DNA from: Planctomycetota bacterium | GTDB taxonomy: Bacteria > Planctomycetota > Phycisphaerae > Sedimentisphaerales > Anaerobacaceae | Reading direction: 5' to 3' | Length of the DNA stretch: 64,000 bases | NCBI GenBank assembly: GCA_014384025.1 | Contig: JACNGQ010000180.1 | Location: 1,443 to 65,442 of the forward strand | Shown: one piece after another, positions 1 through 9,524 of the stretch | Position numbering within the stretch: the stretch's first letter is position 1 | Layout: each line of letters starts with the position of its first letter | The notes under the pieces: generated by a model | Seen by the model: only the letters and a program-made list of their open reading frames with translations | Told to the model about the DNA's origin: nothing | The model's database searches: none | Translations under genes and position numbers: made by a program

Positions 1-203
1 ATCGCTCCTCCAAGTTGACCCGCCACCCACTTTGCGCCACCCTCGAGTACGCCATCATTACCGTTACCACTTGTGTCAGCAGCGGTCGTTCCGGAGCCCT
101 CATCAAACCTCCATTGAGCTACCAATTCTGCCTTAGCTGTGCCTGTCAGAGCCACACTCAAGACAAAAACAAAAGAAACCAGATAAATCAAATTTCTTGA
201 CAT
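1..203 (-). CDS. Secreted LamG-domain protein, N-terminal fragment (gene continues past the window start)
   Basis: Absent from the ORF track because it runs off the window. The reverse complement from ATG (203-201) reads MSRNLIYLVSFVFVLSVALTGTAKAELVAQWRFDEGSGTTAADTSGNGNDGVLEGGAKWVAGQLGGA. That is a signal peptide plus the same W-x-FD-x-GSGTTA-x-D-x-SGNGNDG opening as the 704-aa neighbour. GGAGG lies just upstream of the ATG. Confidence 0.75.
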   Translation of the reverse strand, partial: MSRNLIYLVSFVFVLSVALTGTAKAELVAQWRFDEGSGTTAADTSGNGNDGVLEGGAKWVAGQLGGA

Positions 204-369
204 AATAGTCCTCCTAACAAAAAGTTAAAAATTATCGTACTTGGGATACAAACCAAGATACTTATTGTTTTTAACAAACAACTTTTACTTCGCGGCTAAT
301 TCACAGAGCAGCGCAAGGGCAATCCTAAATATTTTAGAACTTTATTCCAGACAGACAATAAATTGCCAC

Positions 370-2484
370 TTACGGCGCTGGTGGATACAGCCGAATATCG
401 TCAAAGTACATCATGCCTGTACCGCCGGTAACCGAGCTAAGGCCAAGAGTAATCGAATTGACATTGGCAAGGTTCACACCCTGGTCGGCAAAGCGCGTCA
501 GGTCGATAGTCCATTGTGTCCATTGATTTATCAAGGCTGCATCGGGATTATCATTATTGACTTTGGCGTTGCCATTGAGAGCAACATACATCTGTTCGGC
601 AGCATTTGCAGCATTACCGACATACCAAATTACCAAGGTGTCAACGCCATTTACAGTCCAGTTACGATTGGAAGTTAATGTCAAGGTCGCCTCGGATTTA
701 CCAACAGCGTTGTCATAAGCCATCGGCATCGACTGATTGCCGCTGTGGATGATAGCCTGCTCGGCAAATGGAGGATCTAAATGACCAACAGTAGAACCGT
801 TTATTGCCGGGTTGTCGAATCCGTCTATCCAGGCAAGGTATATCCTGTTGCTGCCCGGATCACCTTCGTCAAGGTCATTGTAGCTCTCCATATCGTCCAC
901 AATAAGGAAGTTGGCCGTGGTGAAGCTCCAGAGCGGGCCTGTCCACGGGCTGTCGGCGTTTGTGCTATCGGCCTCATTTACTCGCCAGTAGTAAGTGGTT
1001 CCCCATTCAAGTTGTCCGGGATTATAGCTCTCGGAACCAAGATTGCCGCTGCCTTTTAATTCCAGAGATGCTGCATCGGCGCCAAAATAGACTTCATGTG
1101 AAGCACCTAAGCCCGGCGCCCATGTGAGAACAGGTGTTTGTGTTACATCCACAGCGCCATTAGCCGGGTTGAGTGCCGAAACAGCACCTTCGGTCGTGAA
1201 GCTCCAGACGTTACCTTTATGTGTTTGGACAACATCAAACTCATCGATACGCCAGTAGTAAGTCTTGGCCATTTTAAGTGTGCCGGGATTAAAGGTTGCC
1301 ATTCCCTGAATGGATCCACCGGCGGCATTGTCAACCTCATCAAAAGTTTTACCGAAATAAACTGTGTGCAATTTCGCACCAAATCCAGGTGTCCAGCTAA
1401 GTGTTTCATCTACACCTACAGATTCGGCACCATTAGCCGGGTCGGGTAAATAAGCTGTCTTGGGGGGAACTGTAAAGTTCCAGACATTACCTTTCCAGGG
1501 ACTGTTCGGCTCGGTATCATTGACTTCATCGATTCGCCAATAGTAAGTAGTGCCCGGAATAAGACCATCCGGATAAGCGAATCCTGGAAAACCTGCAACT
1601 AAAAACGTCCCGGCCTGGTTGCCCTGGAACGCGCTTTCAGCACCGGCGTCCACATCGTCAAAATTGTCGCCCAAATATACATCGTGTGAGACTGCATAAT
1701 CCCCAGCCCTCCAGCTAAGGTTTACCCAGGTATCCGGATGGTAAGCACCATTTTCCGGGGAAGGAGAAGAGGCTTGAGGATACTCAGCTCCGCCACCGGC
1801 CATAACGCCAAGGATCTCTACATCCATCAGCGCACGGCTGTAGATACGCACATCGTCAAGCATACCGTTCAGACCACGCCCTGTCTGCTGTGAATTGTTG
1901 CCAATCCAGAAATCATAGGAACTTTCATTTATCTGACCGGTCGCCGGGCTGGTGACATCCAGGACACCGTCAATGTAAATTTTCGCCTCAGCCCCATCGT
2001 ATGTTGCAGCCATGTGGTGCCAGTCACCGCCGGTGATGATGGTTGGCGCATTAAACCAGCCGTTACCACCGCCGGCATTAGTACCCGAAATACCCATATG
2101 GGTACCATTGCCTGTGCCACCTCCACGGCTTGTTCGATACGAGTCATCCCCTTTGGCCATAAAGGCTTCCCACGTGACCTGGAATGCCTCGACATTAAAC
2201 CAGAACGTTATCGTAATTGCATCCCGTATCTGGAGCGATGGGCCATTTCCACAGTTGAGATAGTCGTCACCATCGAACTCAAGCGCACCACCAAGCTGCC
2301 CGGGAACCCACTTCGGATCACCAACGAAGACACCGTCATTGCCGTTGCCGCTTGAGTCAACAGCAGTAGTACCGGAACCATCATCAAACTTCCAGTGAGC
2401 TGCAAGATCCGGGTCGGCAGCGCCGGTCATGCTGGTAAGTACCAGGCCCAGCACTAAAACAAAAGAAATCAATCTCTTAGACAT
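370..2484 (-). CDS. Secreted LamG/concanavalin-A-like lectin domain protein with three internal ~90-aa repeats
   Basis: 704-aa ORF with signal peptide MSKRLISFVLVLGLVLTSMTGA and LamG-type opening HWKFDDGSGTTAVDSSGNGNDG. Three repeats each contain LSW/LTW...VYFG/VYLG...TYYWR[IV][DN]E...W.FT[VT]. GGAGG lies before the ATG. Confidence 0.85.
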   Translation of the reverse strand: MSKRLISFVLVLGLVLTSMTGAADPDLAAHWKFDDGSGTTAVDSSGNGNDGVFVGDPKWVPGQLGGALEFDGDDYLNCGNGPSLQIRDAITITFWFNVEAFQVTWEAFMAKGDDSYRTSRGGGTGNGTHMGISGTNAGGGNGWFNAPTIITGGDWHHMAATYDGAEAKIYIDGVLDVTSPATGQINESSYDFWIGNNSQQTGRGLNGMLDDVRIYSRALMDVEILGVMAGGGAEYPQASSPSPENGAYHPDTWVNLSWRAGDYAVSHDVYLGDNFDDVDAGAESAFQGNQAGTFLVAGFPGFAYPDGLIPGTTYYWRIDEVNDTEPNSPWKGNVWNFTVPPKTAYLPDPANGAESVGVDETLSWTPGFGAKLHTVYFGKTFDEVDNAAGGSIQGMATFNPGTLKMAKTYYWRIDEFDVVQTHKGNVWSFTTEGAVSALNPANGAVDVTQTPVLTWAPGLGASHEVYFGADAASLELKGSGNLGSESYNPGQLEWGTTYYWRVNEADSTNADSPWTGPLWSFTTANFLIVDDMESYNDLDEGDPGSNRIYLAWIDGFDNPAINGSTVGHLDPPFAEQAIIHSGNQSMPMAYDNAVGKSEATLTLTSNRNWTVNGVDTLVIWYVGNAANAAEQMYVALNGNAKVNNDNPDAALINQWTQWTIDLTRFADQGVNLANVNSITLGLSSVTGGTGMMYFDDIRLYPPAP

Positions 2485-3010
2485 AATAATCCTCCTTCTT
2501 TAAAAAGAATTAAAATAACTGTGCTTCGGCACACACCAAAACACCATTTTTTTCAAGAAACAAGTTCAAGTAAAACGACCGATAATAACTTTCTTACTAC
2601 ATTAATATTCTTTTATTTCCAAAAACAAGTTTTTCCTACTCGAATCTACCTCCTTCCCTGAGAAAACCGGTATTCAGTTGTTATTTGAAATGCATAAATG
2701 TCTATCAGCAAAGCATGAAACTTTTTCATGCTCCGTGCCCTGCATAATTACTCCTCCTCATATCGAAAACTACACTTTTTACTCACCCGGAGCCAAACAA
2801 GCCATAATAGAGCCTATCCATTATATTTATACTAAATCACCTATCCTGCCGTCAAGGAAAAAAGGATGCTTTTAATGTGAATTGTGGAGCTTTGTTTGGC
2901 AAAGATTGTGCAAATCGGGTTATATGAGGCCAAATATAATGATCTGTAGCCGCACAGCTCTTTATAAAGAGGGTGGTTTAGGTAAGAATTTTAAGGCAGT
3001 TATGAAACAT

Positions 3011-4087
3011 CTACGGGCTGTTTTTTGAAGGCTCGAAGACTCTGACCGTGTTTTTACCCGCCTTTTTGGCTAAATACAGAGCCTGGTCTGATCGGCTGGT
3101 AATATCCTCGGGTGTGCCCTGAGCGTCATACTGACAAAGGCCCACACTAATGGACAGTGCTATCTCCTCGTTGTTCCAGGATGTCGGCATCTTCGAAACC
3201 GCGTCAAGCATACGCTTGGCTACAACACTTGCATCGATGATCGAGGTGTTTATCAAAATGACTGCAAACTCATCGCCGCCATAGCGTGCCGCAGTGTCGA
3301 TTTGGCGGATGCATTTTTTAATTCTTTTGCTGATTTCTTTTATTGCCTTATCCCCAGCCCGGTGGCCATGGGCATCATTTATCTGCTTAAGATTGTCAAC
3401 ATCGACCATAATCAGGGATATTTGACCGCCATATCGTCGTGAGCGCCAGAGTTCTTTTTCAAGGACTTCATAAAAAGTTTTGTGATTCACAAGGTTGGTC
3501 AGGCCGTCCGTGATAGCTTGTCGCTGTGTTCTCTCAAACAGCTTTATATTACCGATTGAGGCACCGATTAACTGGCTGAACAGCTCTATCAAGGCAATAT
3601 CCCCGGCCTCAAAACCATTGCCATCCATCTTATCCGCCAGATTGAGCACACCAACCACCCTGTCCTGACAAATAAGAGGAACGACAGCACAGTTATTTGT
3701 CTGGTAATTCTCGGCAAATGCACGCTGTGATTTTTTAATTATGGGTTTTTGATGGGTATCTATATCCGGAACCAATATCAGCTCTTTACTTCTGACCGCC
3801 ATAACCATAAGGGGCGTGGGGGTTTTATTCAATGAGACTATTTTGTTAATTAGAAACGGATGATTGTGCTTATGCAGGTGCAGAATATTATTCGTTTCGT
3901 CGAGTATATACAGCGAAGCAAACCTTACTCGCACTAATTTCGGAATGCTTGTAATGCAAACGTCTGCTACCCGGTTAATGTCAAGACAGTTTACCTGTCG
4001 AGCCAGAGGAGTTACCTGCTCAAGCAGCGAAAAGCTGATATCGGGTTTTTCAGGAGTATTTTCAGAGTTATTATTGGTCCTATGCAT
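3011..4087 (-). CDS. GAF-domain diguanylate cyclase (GGDEF)
   Basis: 358-aa ORF. The C-terminal half carries the RYGGDEFAVIL active-site motif preceded by ITDGLTNLVNHKTF. The N-terminal half is GAF-like. Confidence 0.9.
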   Translation of the reverse strand: MHRTNNNSENTPEKPDISFSLLEQVTPLARQVNCLDINRVADVCITSIPKLVRVRFASLYILDETNNILHLHKHNHPFLINKIVSLNKTPTPLMVMAVRSKELILVPDIDTHQKPIIKKSQRAFAENYQTNNCAVVPLICQDRVVGVLNLADKMDGNGFEAGDIALIELFSQLIGASIGNIKLFERTQRQAITDGLTNLVNHKTFYEVLEKELWRSRRYGGQISLIMVDVDNLKQINDAHGHRAGDKAIKEISKRIKKCIRQIDTAARYGGDEFAVILINTSIIDASVVAKRMLDAVSKMPTSWNNEEIALSISVGLCQYDAQGTPEDITSRSDQALYLAKKAGKNTVRVFEPSKNSP

Positions 4088-4399
4088 CGTTTGACAAATA
4101 ATCCAGCTTTAGCATATTCGTTTCATATAACATGGCACAATACCTGGTATCCACAACTTCTTGTATCGGATATTTTCGCATTGGTATTTGGGAAAAAGCG
4201 TTGTCTAAATGAGGAAATAATCCCGAATTTTTGAATCCACACCGGGAACCTCGTGAGCAGCCCAAAGCAGGCATAACCAGGAATTTCAGGACAAAGAAAA
4301 GATTTCTATTTTAAGTTTGCATCTGTGGAGTTTCTGCTCAGTTATTTCTCAGAAAAAATTAAAAAAAATAAGCAATTTTTAAAAAAACTCAAAAAAAAG

Positions 4400-4444
4400 T
4401 TGACATCCGATAAAAAGCATTTTACATTTTACAAAATGTAAAAT
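4400..4444 (+). promoter_or_regulatory. Candidate sigma-70 promoter with A-tract UP region and a perfect 26-bp palindromic operator
   Basis: TTGACA at 4400-4405, a 17-nt spacer, then TACATT at 4423-4428. About 50 nt of A-rich sequence lie immediately upstream. ATTTTACATTTT (4419-4430), AC, AAAATGTAAAAT (4433-4444) form exact reverse complements covering the -10 and start region. Confidence 0.4.
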
Positions 4445-4863
4445 ATGTTTTATCTTCATTAGGTGTTCTTTCTTGTGGTTTGATAAGAGTTGTACCAATC
4501 GCAGTTAGAAATTATCGAAGGGATTAACAGTTATATTAGCCGGGATTGCTGCTTTCGGGACAATTGAAAAACACACAGCATTGCCTGGCCGTGTCACCTT
4601 GTTCGCGAATTTGGATTTTTCAATATGTCCTTTCGCTGTGATGCCAAGCTTAAGACAAACGGCAATAAATAATTAGAATTGGCATTAACAATTTTTAGCT
4701 AACACAATTAACTTTAACTGGGAACGATTAAGCTAAAACTAACGATGAAACGAAATATCTATTATGAACTTAATAGTCGAGCCTTTCCCACATGCCCTTT
4801 TAGTTGTGGCTTAGTCTATCAATTAAGAGAAAATAAATTACGCTATGAGAAAGCATTTTAGCT

Positions 4864-5172
4864 ATGCAATCAAAAGTTAAGAATGATACTTTCAAAATAC
4901 CTGTGAAGCTCTATCGAATTGGTGAGTTAGTCAACTACACCCCCTTTTCCCGACAAACTATTCATAACTACACGATAATGGGGCTTATTCACGAAACAAA
5001 GTGGACCGAGGGCGGACATAGACTCTACGATGAATCCGTATTCGAAAGATTATCACAAATAATGCAACTTAAGAAAACAAAAACTCTTATAGAAATAAGA
5101 CGGATTTTAGGCAAAGAACATACCGGCGGCCAGGAAAGAGGCCGGGGCCTGGAATCTGTTGAAAATAATTAA
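4864..5172 (+). CDS. MerR-family HTH transcriptional regulator
   Basis: 102-aa ORF. YRIGELVNYTPFSRQTIHNYTIMGLI...GGHRLYDESVFERL matches the MerR N-terminal HTH plus wing pattern. Confidence 0.75.
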   Translation: MQSKVKNDTFKIPVKLYRIGELVNYTPFSRQTIHNYTIMGLIHETKWTEGGHRLYDESVFERLSQIMQLKKTKTLIEIRRILGKEHTGGQERGRGLESVENN

Positions 5173-5382
5173 AGGACAAATACTTTTTCGCAGTAAAGGC
5201 GATAGCAGAAACAATTTCGCAAAAGACCATCTACTATTGCCTTGCTGTAAGGATTCAAGGAAGAAATGGAAAGATCAAGGATGAGAAATTCAGTTTCGCC
5301 CTTCACAGGCTATCTTTCCAGCCCCCCGTCACTTTCTTCGGCCAAACTCAAGGAATGTATGAGGCAACAGGAAGGATCAGAT

Positions 5383-5799
5383 ATGAATCTAACGTCGTTG
5401 GTAACGGATAATATTACAGAAATCTTAGTTAAGATAATTGAGTTTACACACACTCGACAAAAAATAATCATCCGCAATATTATCAATATGAACAATCCCG
5501 GATTTGTACCTAAGAAAGTGGCGGTTAAGGAGTTTTCCGATTTGCTCAACAACGCAATCAATGAACACGTCCAAAACCGGCGACTTCTGCTGCGCGATAC
5601 TGAAAGTATCAAATTCGGCAGAAGCGGAAGTTTCGAAATTAAACCAATAGTCGATAAGCAGAGCAAATTACTCCTTGAAAAAAATCGAAACGAATATCTC
5701 GAAGTGCAGATAAACAGGCTTCTGGAAAATTCTCTTAATCAAAGAGTCGCAACGGAATTACTCAAACAGAAGCAGGAACCGGTATCAACGGATTATTGA
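5383..5799 (+). CDS. FlgB-like flagellar rod-family protein (divergent)
   Basis: Start moved to the internal ATG at 5383, which is preceded by GGAAGGA. RQKIIIRNIINMNNPGFVPKKVAVKEFSDLL parallels the FlgB signature R-x-x-V-I-x-x-NIAN-x-x-TPGYK-x-x-x-V-x-F. The C-terminal N-x-N...ENSLNQ resembles the rod-protein C-terminal motif. Confidence 0.5.
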   Translation: MNLTSLVTDNITEILVKIIEFTHTRQKIIIRNIINMNNPGFVPKKVAVKEFSDLLNNAINEHVQNRRLLLRDTESIKFGRSGSFEIKPIVDKQSKLLLEKNRNEYLEVQINRLLENSLNQRVATELLKQKQEPVSTDY

Positions 5800-6680
5800 T
5801 GAGTACCTATAGAACATTTCACCCAAGACGACAAATGACAAACGAAACGCTCTACTTACAACAAATGATGGAAAGCCATAAACGCCCTGCAAGCGTTTTA
5901 GCCATAACAAGCGGAAAAGGAGGAGTCGGCAAAACCAACATAACAGCTAATCTCGGGATATGTCTGGCTGCATCAGGCAAAAAAGTCCTGCTTGTCGATG
6001 CGGACTTCTCGTTAGGCAACCTGGATATCGTTATGAATGTTAACAACAGGTACAATATATCGCACTTGATTTATGACGGAAAAAGCGTCGAAGAAATCAT
6101 TCATACCGGACCAGAAGGCATTGATATGATCTGTGGGGCATCCGGGCTTGAAGAACTGGCCGACATCAATGAATTTCAGCGGCTGCGACTGCTGAAGGAG
6201 CTGTCTAAACTCCAGAATGATAACGATGTGATACTAATCGATACCGCAGCCGGAATTTCCAAGTCGGTCGTTGGTTTTTGCCTTTCCGCCAACAATGTTT
6301 TGGTCGTCACGACACCGGAAGCCACCGCGATGACCGATGCCTATGCAATGATTAAGGTTCTTGTCGGAAACAGGTTCACCGGCCAGATCAGTCTTGTCGT
6401 GAATATGGCTCAGTCAATACAAGAAGGCAAAAAGACATATGAGAAGATAGCAAACGTAGCAGGACGTTTTTTAAATGCCCATGTGTATAACGCCGGTATA
6501 TTGCTCAAAGACGAACGATTGAGCTGCTCAGTTCGGTTGCGAAAACCAGTCGTTTTAGCTCATCCCAAATCGCAAATTACCTCATCGCTGGCAACCTTAG
6601 CGGCAAAATTGAGCAATAGTGAATCTTCTGAGTTTGGTGATGAGGGCTTTTTTAAAAAAGTTGTTAACTGGTTTTTCTAA
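5796..6680 (+). CDS. flhG: MinD/ParA-family flagellar number regulator FlhG (YlxH)
   Basis: Deviant Walker A ITSGKGGVGKTN, LLVDAD, and a C-terminal amphipathic tail GFFKKVVNWFF. Sits directly upstream of fliA. The ATGA overlap with the previous ORF suggests coupling. Confidence 0.85.
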   Translation: MMSTYRTFHPRRQMTNETLYLQQMMESHKRPASVLAITSGKGGVGKTNITANLGICLAASGKKVLLVDADFSLGNLDIVMNVNNRYNISHLIYDGKSVEEIIHTGPEGIDMICGASGLEELADINEFQRLRLLKELSKLQNDNDVILIDTAAGISKSVVGFCLSANNVLVVTTPEATAMTDAYAMIKVLVGNRFTGQISLVVNMAQSIQEGKKTYEKIANVAGRFLNAHVYNAGILLKDERLSCSVRLRKPVVLAHPKSQITSSLATLAAKLSNSESSEFGDEGFFKKVVNWFF

Positions 6681-6867
6681 AGTTATCGACCAAAAAATCG
6701 ATAAATAAATTGAGATGGGCGCTCTGTTGACCCATCCAGAGGTGAAAACGTTGAAAAGAGAAACAACGATATTGTTTATAGGACCCAACGCCTGGTTCTG
6801 TAAAATTTGCTGAAATTATAAAAATCAGGGATCCCGCAAAGCGGGGTATATTTCAAGGAGGAATCCT

Positions 6868-7647
6868 GTGAAAACCAAGCAAGAACTCACCATTGAAGAA
6901 ATATGGGAACAGTTCCACAAAAGCCGCGATGAATACTCTCGTAACCTTTTAATGGAACACTACAGGAACATAGTGAAATACAGCGCTGATCGACTCCACA
7001 GCAAATTACCAGACAAGGTTGAACTGGATGACCTTATCAGTGCCGGTATTTTCGGATTGATGGATGCCATAGATGCTTTTGACCCGGAACGAGGAGTAAA
7101 GTTCGAAACCTACTGCTCACCTCGTATAAGAGGTTCGATTCTCGATGAGCTTCGCAGCATGGACTGGGTGCCACGATTAGTACGTGCCCGTGCTCATCAG
7201 TTGTCCAAAGCGACACATTCGCTGGAGATACACCTTGGCCGTAAACCCACCGAAAAGGAAATCGCCAAAGAACTGGACATGGATGCAGAAGATTTCGACA
7301 GGCTCCAGCGGGACGCCAATGCGGTCAGCCTGGTATCTTTAGACACCAAATATGGTGATGGCGAGGGCGAAAAAGATATTCGCGAAATAGACATAATCAA
7401 GGATGAAAGAAGCAAGAATCCTGTCATTGAGGCCCAAAAGCGAGACCTTAAGAGTCTGCTTACCAAAGGGCTGACGCGGGCGGAACGGCTGATTATCGTT
7501 TTGTACTATTATGAAGAGATGACAATGAAAGAAATCGGGGCAACGCTGGATTTATCCGAGTCCCGGGTCTCACAGATGCACTCATCCATCATCGCACGTC
7601 TTAAAGCACAGATGAACACCCGAAAAAAAGAATTTTCAGTTGAGTGA
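6868..7647 (+). CDS. fliA: RNA polymerase sigma-28 factor FliA/WhiG
   Basis: GTG start preceded by GGAGGA. Region 2 is LISAGIFGLMDAIDAFDPERGVKFETYCSPRIRGSILDELRSMDWVPR. The region 4.2 HTH is LDLSESRVSQMHSSIIARLK. Confidence 0.9.
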   Translation: MKTKQELTIEEIWEQFHKSRDEYSRNLLMEHYRNIVKYSADRLHSKLPDKVELDDLISAGIFGLMDAIDAFDPERGVKFETYCSPRIRGSILDELRSMDWVPRLVRARAHQLSKATHSLEIHLGRKPTEKEIAKELDMDAEDFDRLQRDANAVSLVSLDTKYGDGEGEKDIREIDIIKDERSKNPVIEAQKRDLKSLLTKGLTRAERLIIVLYYYEEMTMKEIGATLDLSESRVSQMHSSIIARLKAQMNTRKKEFSVE

Positions 7648-7874
7648 TATTTTGTTCCTTACCAGTTGCTATTAAATATAATATTGCCATTTCCTGTGCT
7701 GCATCAGCCGTAAAATTGGACTGTATGCTCAAATCATTGTAGAAACCACCTCAACTATATTAAATGTGAAGAGGCGTTAGAATCGAATAAGATTTCATGA
7801 AAGATAATACTTAATATTGATTTTATTGCCATGAACATGTATATTAAAGTGGACTTAACATGGAGATACAAGAA

Positions 7875-8756
7875 ATGAAATTTACAAAAATGCACGGGCT
7901 GGGCAATGATTATATATATGTCAATTGCTTCGAGGAAACAATCGAAAATCCCGTACAATTAGCTCAAATAGTCAGTGACCGGCACAGAGGAATTGGAGCC
8001 GATGGATTGATTCTTATTTCGCCGTCAGAAACGGCCGGGGTAAGAATGCGCATCTTTAATTCAGACGGTTCAGAGGCTGAGATGTGCGGAAACGGCATCC
8101 GGTGCGTAGCAAAATATGCTTATGAACATAAATTAGCCGAGACCGGCGGGCCGTTTTCTTTATCGGGTCAGCCTTCCGGTTGCCAGGCTTCATTGAATAT
8201 AGAAACAGGCAATGGGATTTTAACTGTGGGATTAGCAGTTGATGATAGAGACAATATCCAAAGGGTCTGTGTCAATATGGGCCAACCAATACTGGCACCA
8301 AAAGATATACCTGTAAATCTGTCGGGCGAAAAAGTTGTCGAACAGGCCATTGAAATCCTCAGACAGGAATTGCTGATGACGTGTGTATCAATGGGTAATC
8401 CACACGCTGTATTTTTCTGCGATAACGTGGACTTAATTGAACTGGAAAGACTCGGGCCTGCTATAGAAAACTATACTCTTTTCCCAAACCGCATCAACGT
8501 TCATTTCGTTCAGATTGATACGCCAACAGAATTTACAATGCGGACATGGGAGCGAGGCAGCGGAATTACGATGGCTTGTGGAACCGGGGCCTGTGCAGCT
8601 TGTGTGGCATCAGTACTTACCAGTCGAACGGAACGAATATGCACGGGACACTTACCGGGCGGTGACTTGAATTTACATTGGTGTCAGGAAGATAACTGCG
8701 TCTATATGACGGGCCCGGCGGTGGAAGTATTCGAAGGCATCTGGCCGGAAGAGTAA
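7875..8756 (+). CDS. dapF: Diaminopimelate epimerase
   Basis: MKFTKMHGLGNDYIYV, the two catalytic Cys motifs SEAEMCGNGIRC and MACGTGACAA. Start set at 7875, after GGAGA. Confidence 0.9.
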   Translation: MKFTKMHGLGNDYIYVNCFEETIENPVQLAQIVSDRHRGIGADGLILISPSETAGVRMRIFNSDGSEAEMCGNGIRCVAKYAYEHKLAETGGPFSLSGQPSGCQASLNIETGNGILTVGLAVDDRDNIQRVCVNMGQPILAPKDIPVNLSGEKVVEQAIEILRQELLMTCVSMGNPHAVFFCDNVDLIELERLGPAIENYTLFPNRINVHFVQIDTPTEFTMRTWERGSGITMACGTGACAACVASVLTSRTERICTGHLPGGDLNLHWCQEDNCVYMTGPAVEVFEGIWPEE

Positions 8757-8771
8757 TTTTTAGAGGCTCCT

Positions 8772-9128
8772 TTATAAGCAAAGCCTGGGAGACCGGCAGA
8801 ATTGCACCGCCACACCATACTTTCCAGAGGCTAAAGCCGTGCCTTCGGCGGAGACACTATCAGTCCTCAAGACCCTGGCGAAACCTGAAATCCTGCCGCC
8901 AAATTCAAGCAAACCTCGCTTCGGTGGTATTGACAATTCTACTTTCAACAGACTGCCCGGCTTGAATGACACGTCTTTAGTCTCAAAATACAAACCGCCT
9001 GTACCTACATTGATAGTGCAGCCTGCATGTGCCCGCTCTGCTGTGGCACCAACTTCACGGCATGATATGTCAAACTTCGTCCCCAATCTTTTATATTTGC
9101 GTCTTTCGTCCTGGTCCATCATATGCAT
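8772..9128 (-). CDS. PilZ-domain protein (c-di-GMP receptor-like)
   Basis: 118-aa ORF with an RRKYKR (RxxxR-type) element and NVGTGGLYFET (D/NxSxxG-type) element at typical PilZ spacing. Confidence 0.7.
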   Translation of the reverse strand: MHMMDQDERRKYKRLGTKFDISCREVGATAERAHAGCTINVGTGGLYFETKDVSFKPGSLLKVELSIPPKRGLLEFGGRISGFARVLRTDSVSAEGTALASGKYGVAVQFCRSPRLCL

Positions 9129-9488
9129 CCTTGCATAAAACTACTCGACCCTCATCCTTGCAAAAAATACGCAATAGTATTGTAGTGCAAAATTCGTTCC
9201 AAAGCAAAGGATAAACCAATACCCCATTTTAACTTTTATAAATGCTTGCTCGATATAAAGTTAAACAAAATTATACAAGTTATATCTACAAACTTAAAAA
9301 TAAAACTTTTTGTAGCGTTGTGAAATAGCAACGCCAGAAAGCAATTTTATCCTTTGATTGCTGAATATTTGCTCAGAAGAAATTCTTTTAGCTGCTTATT
9401 TTATAAAATGTTATGTTTCTTACTAAACAAGCAATCTTCTCAGTCCGAAAAAAGGAACGTGAGTGTTGTTTTTTTGCAACGCATTCTC

Positions 9489-9517
9489 TTGACAATAGTG
9501 GAGACCGGTTTTATTAT
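9489..9517 (+). promoter_or_regulatory. Candidate sigma-70 promoter abutting the kinase start codon
   Basis: TTGACA at 9489-9494, an exact 17-nt spacer, then TATTAT at 9512-9517. The kinase ATG starts at 9525, only 7 nt after the -10. Confidence 0.45.
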
Positions 9518-9524
9518 TGTAAAT

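Noticed and set aside
15-200. A 61-aa plus-strand ORF at the window start.
   Set aside because: The opposite strand encodes a convincing signal peptide plus LamG opening that is paralogous to the neighbouring gene.
2712-2971. Palindromes AGCATGAAA-CTT-TTTCATGCT (2712-2732) and CTCTTTATAAAGAG (2958-2971) between the LamG gene and the GGDEF gene, considered as terminators or operators.
   Set aside because: Neither strand has a flanking U-tract, and there is no adjacent promoter-like hexamer pair. I noted them only as unexplained palindromes and did not list them as features.
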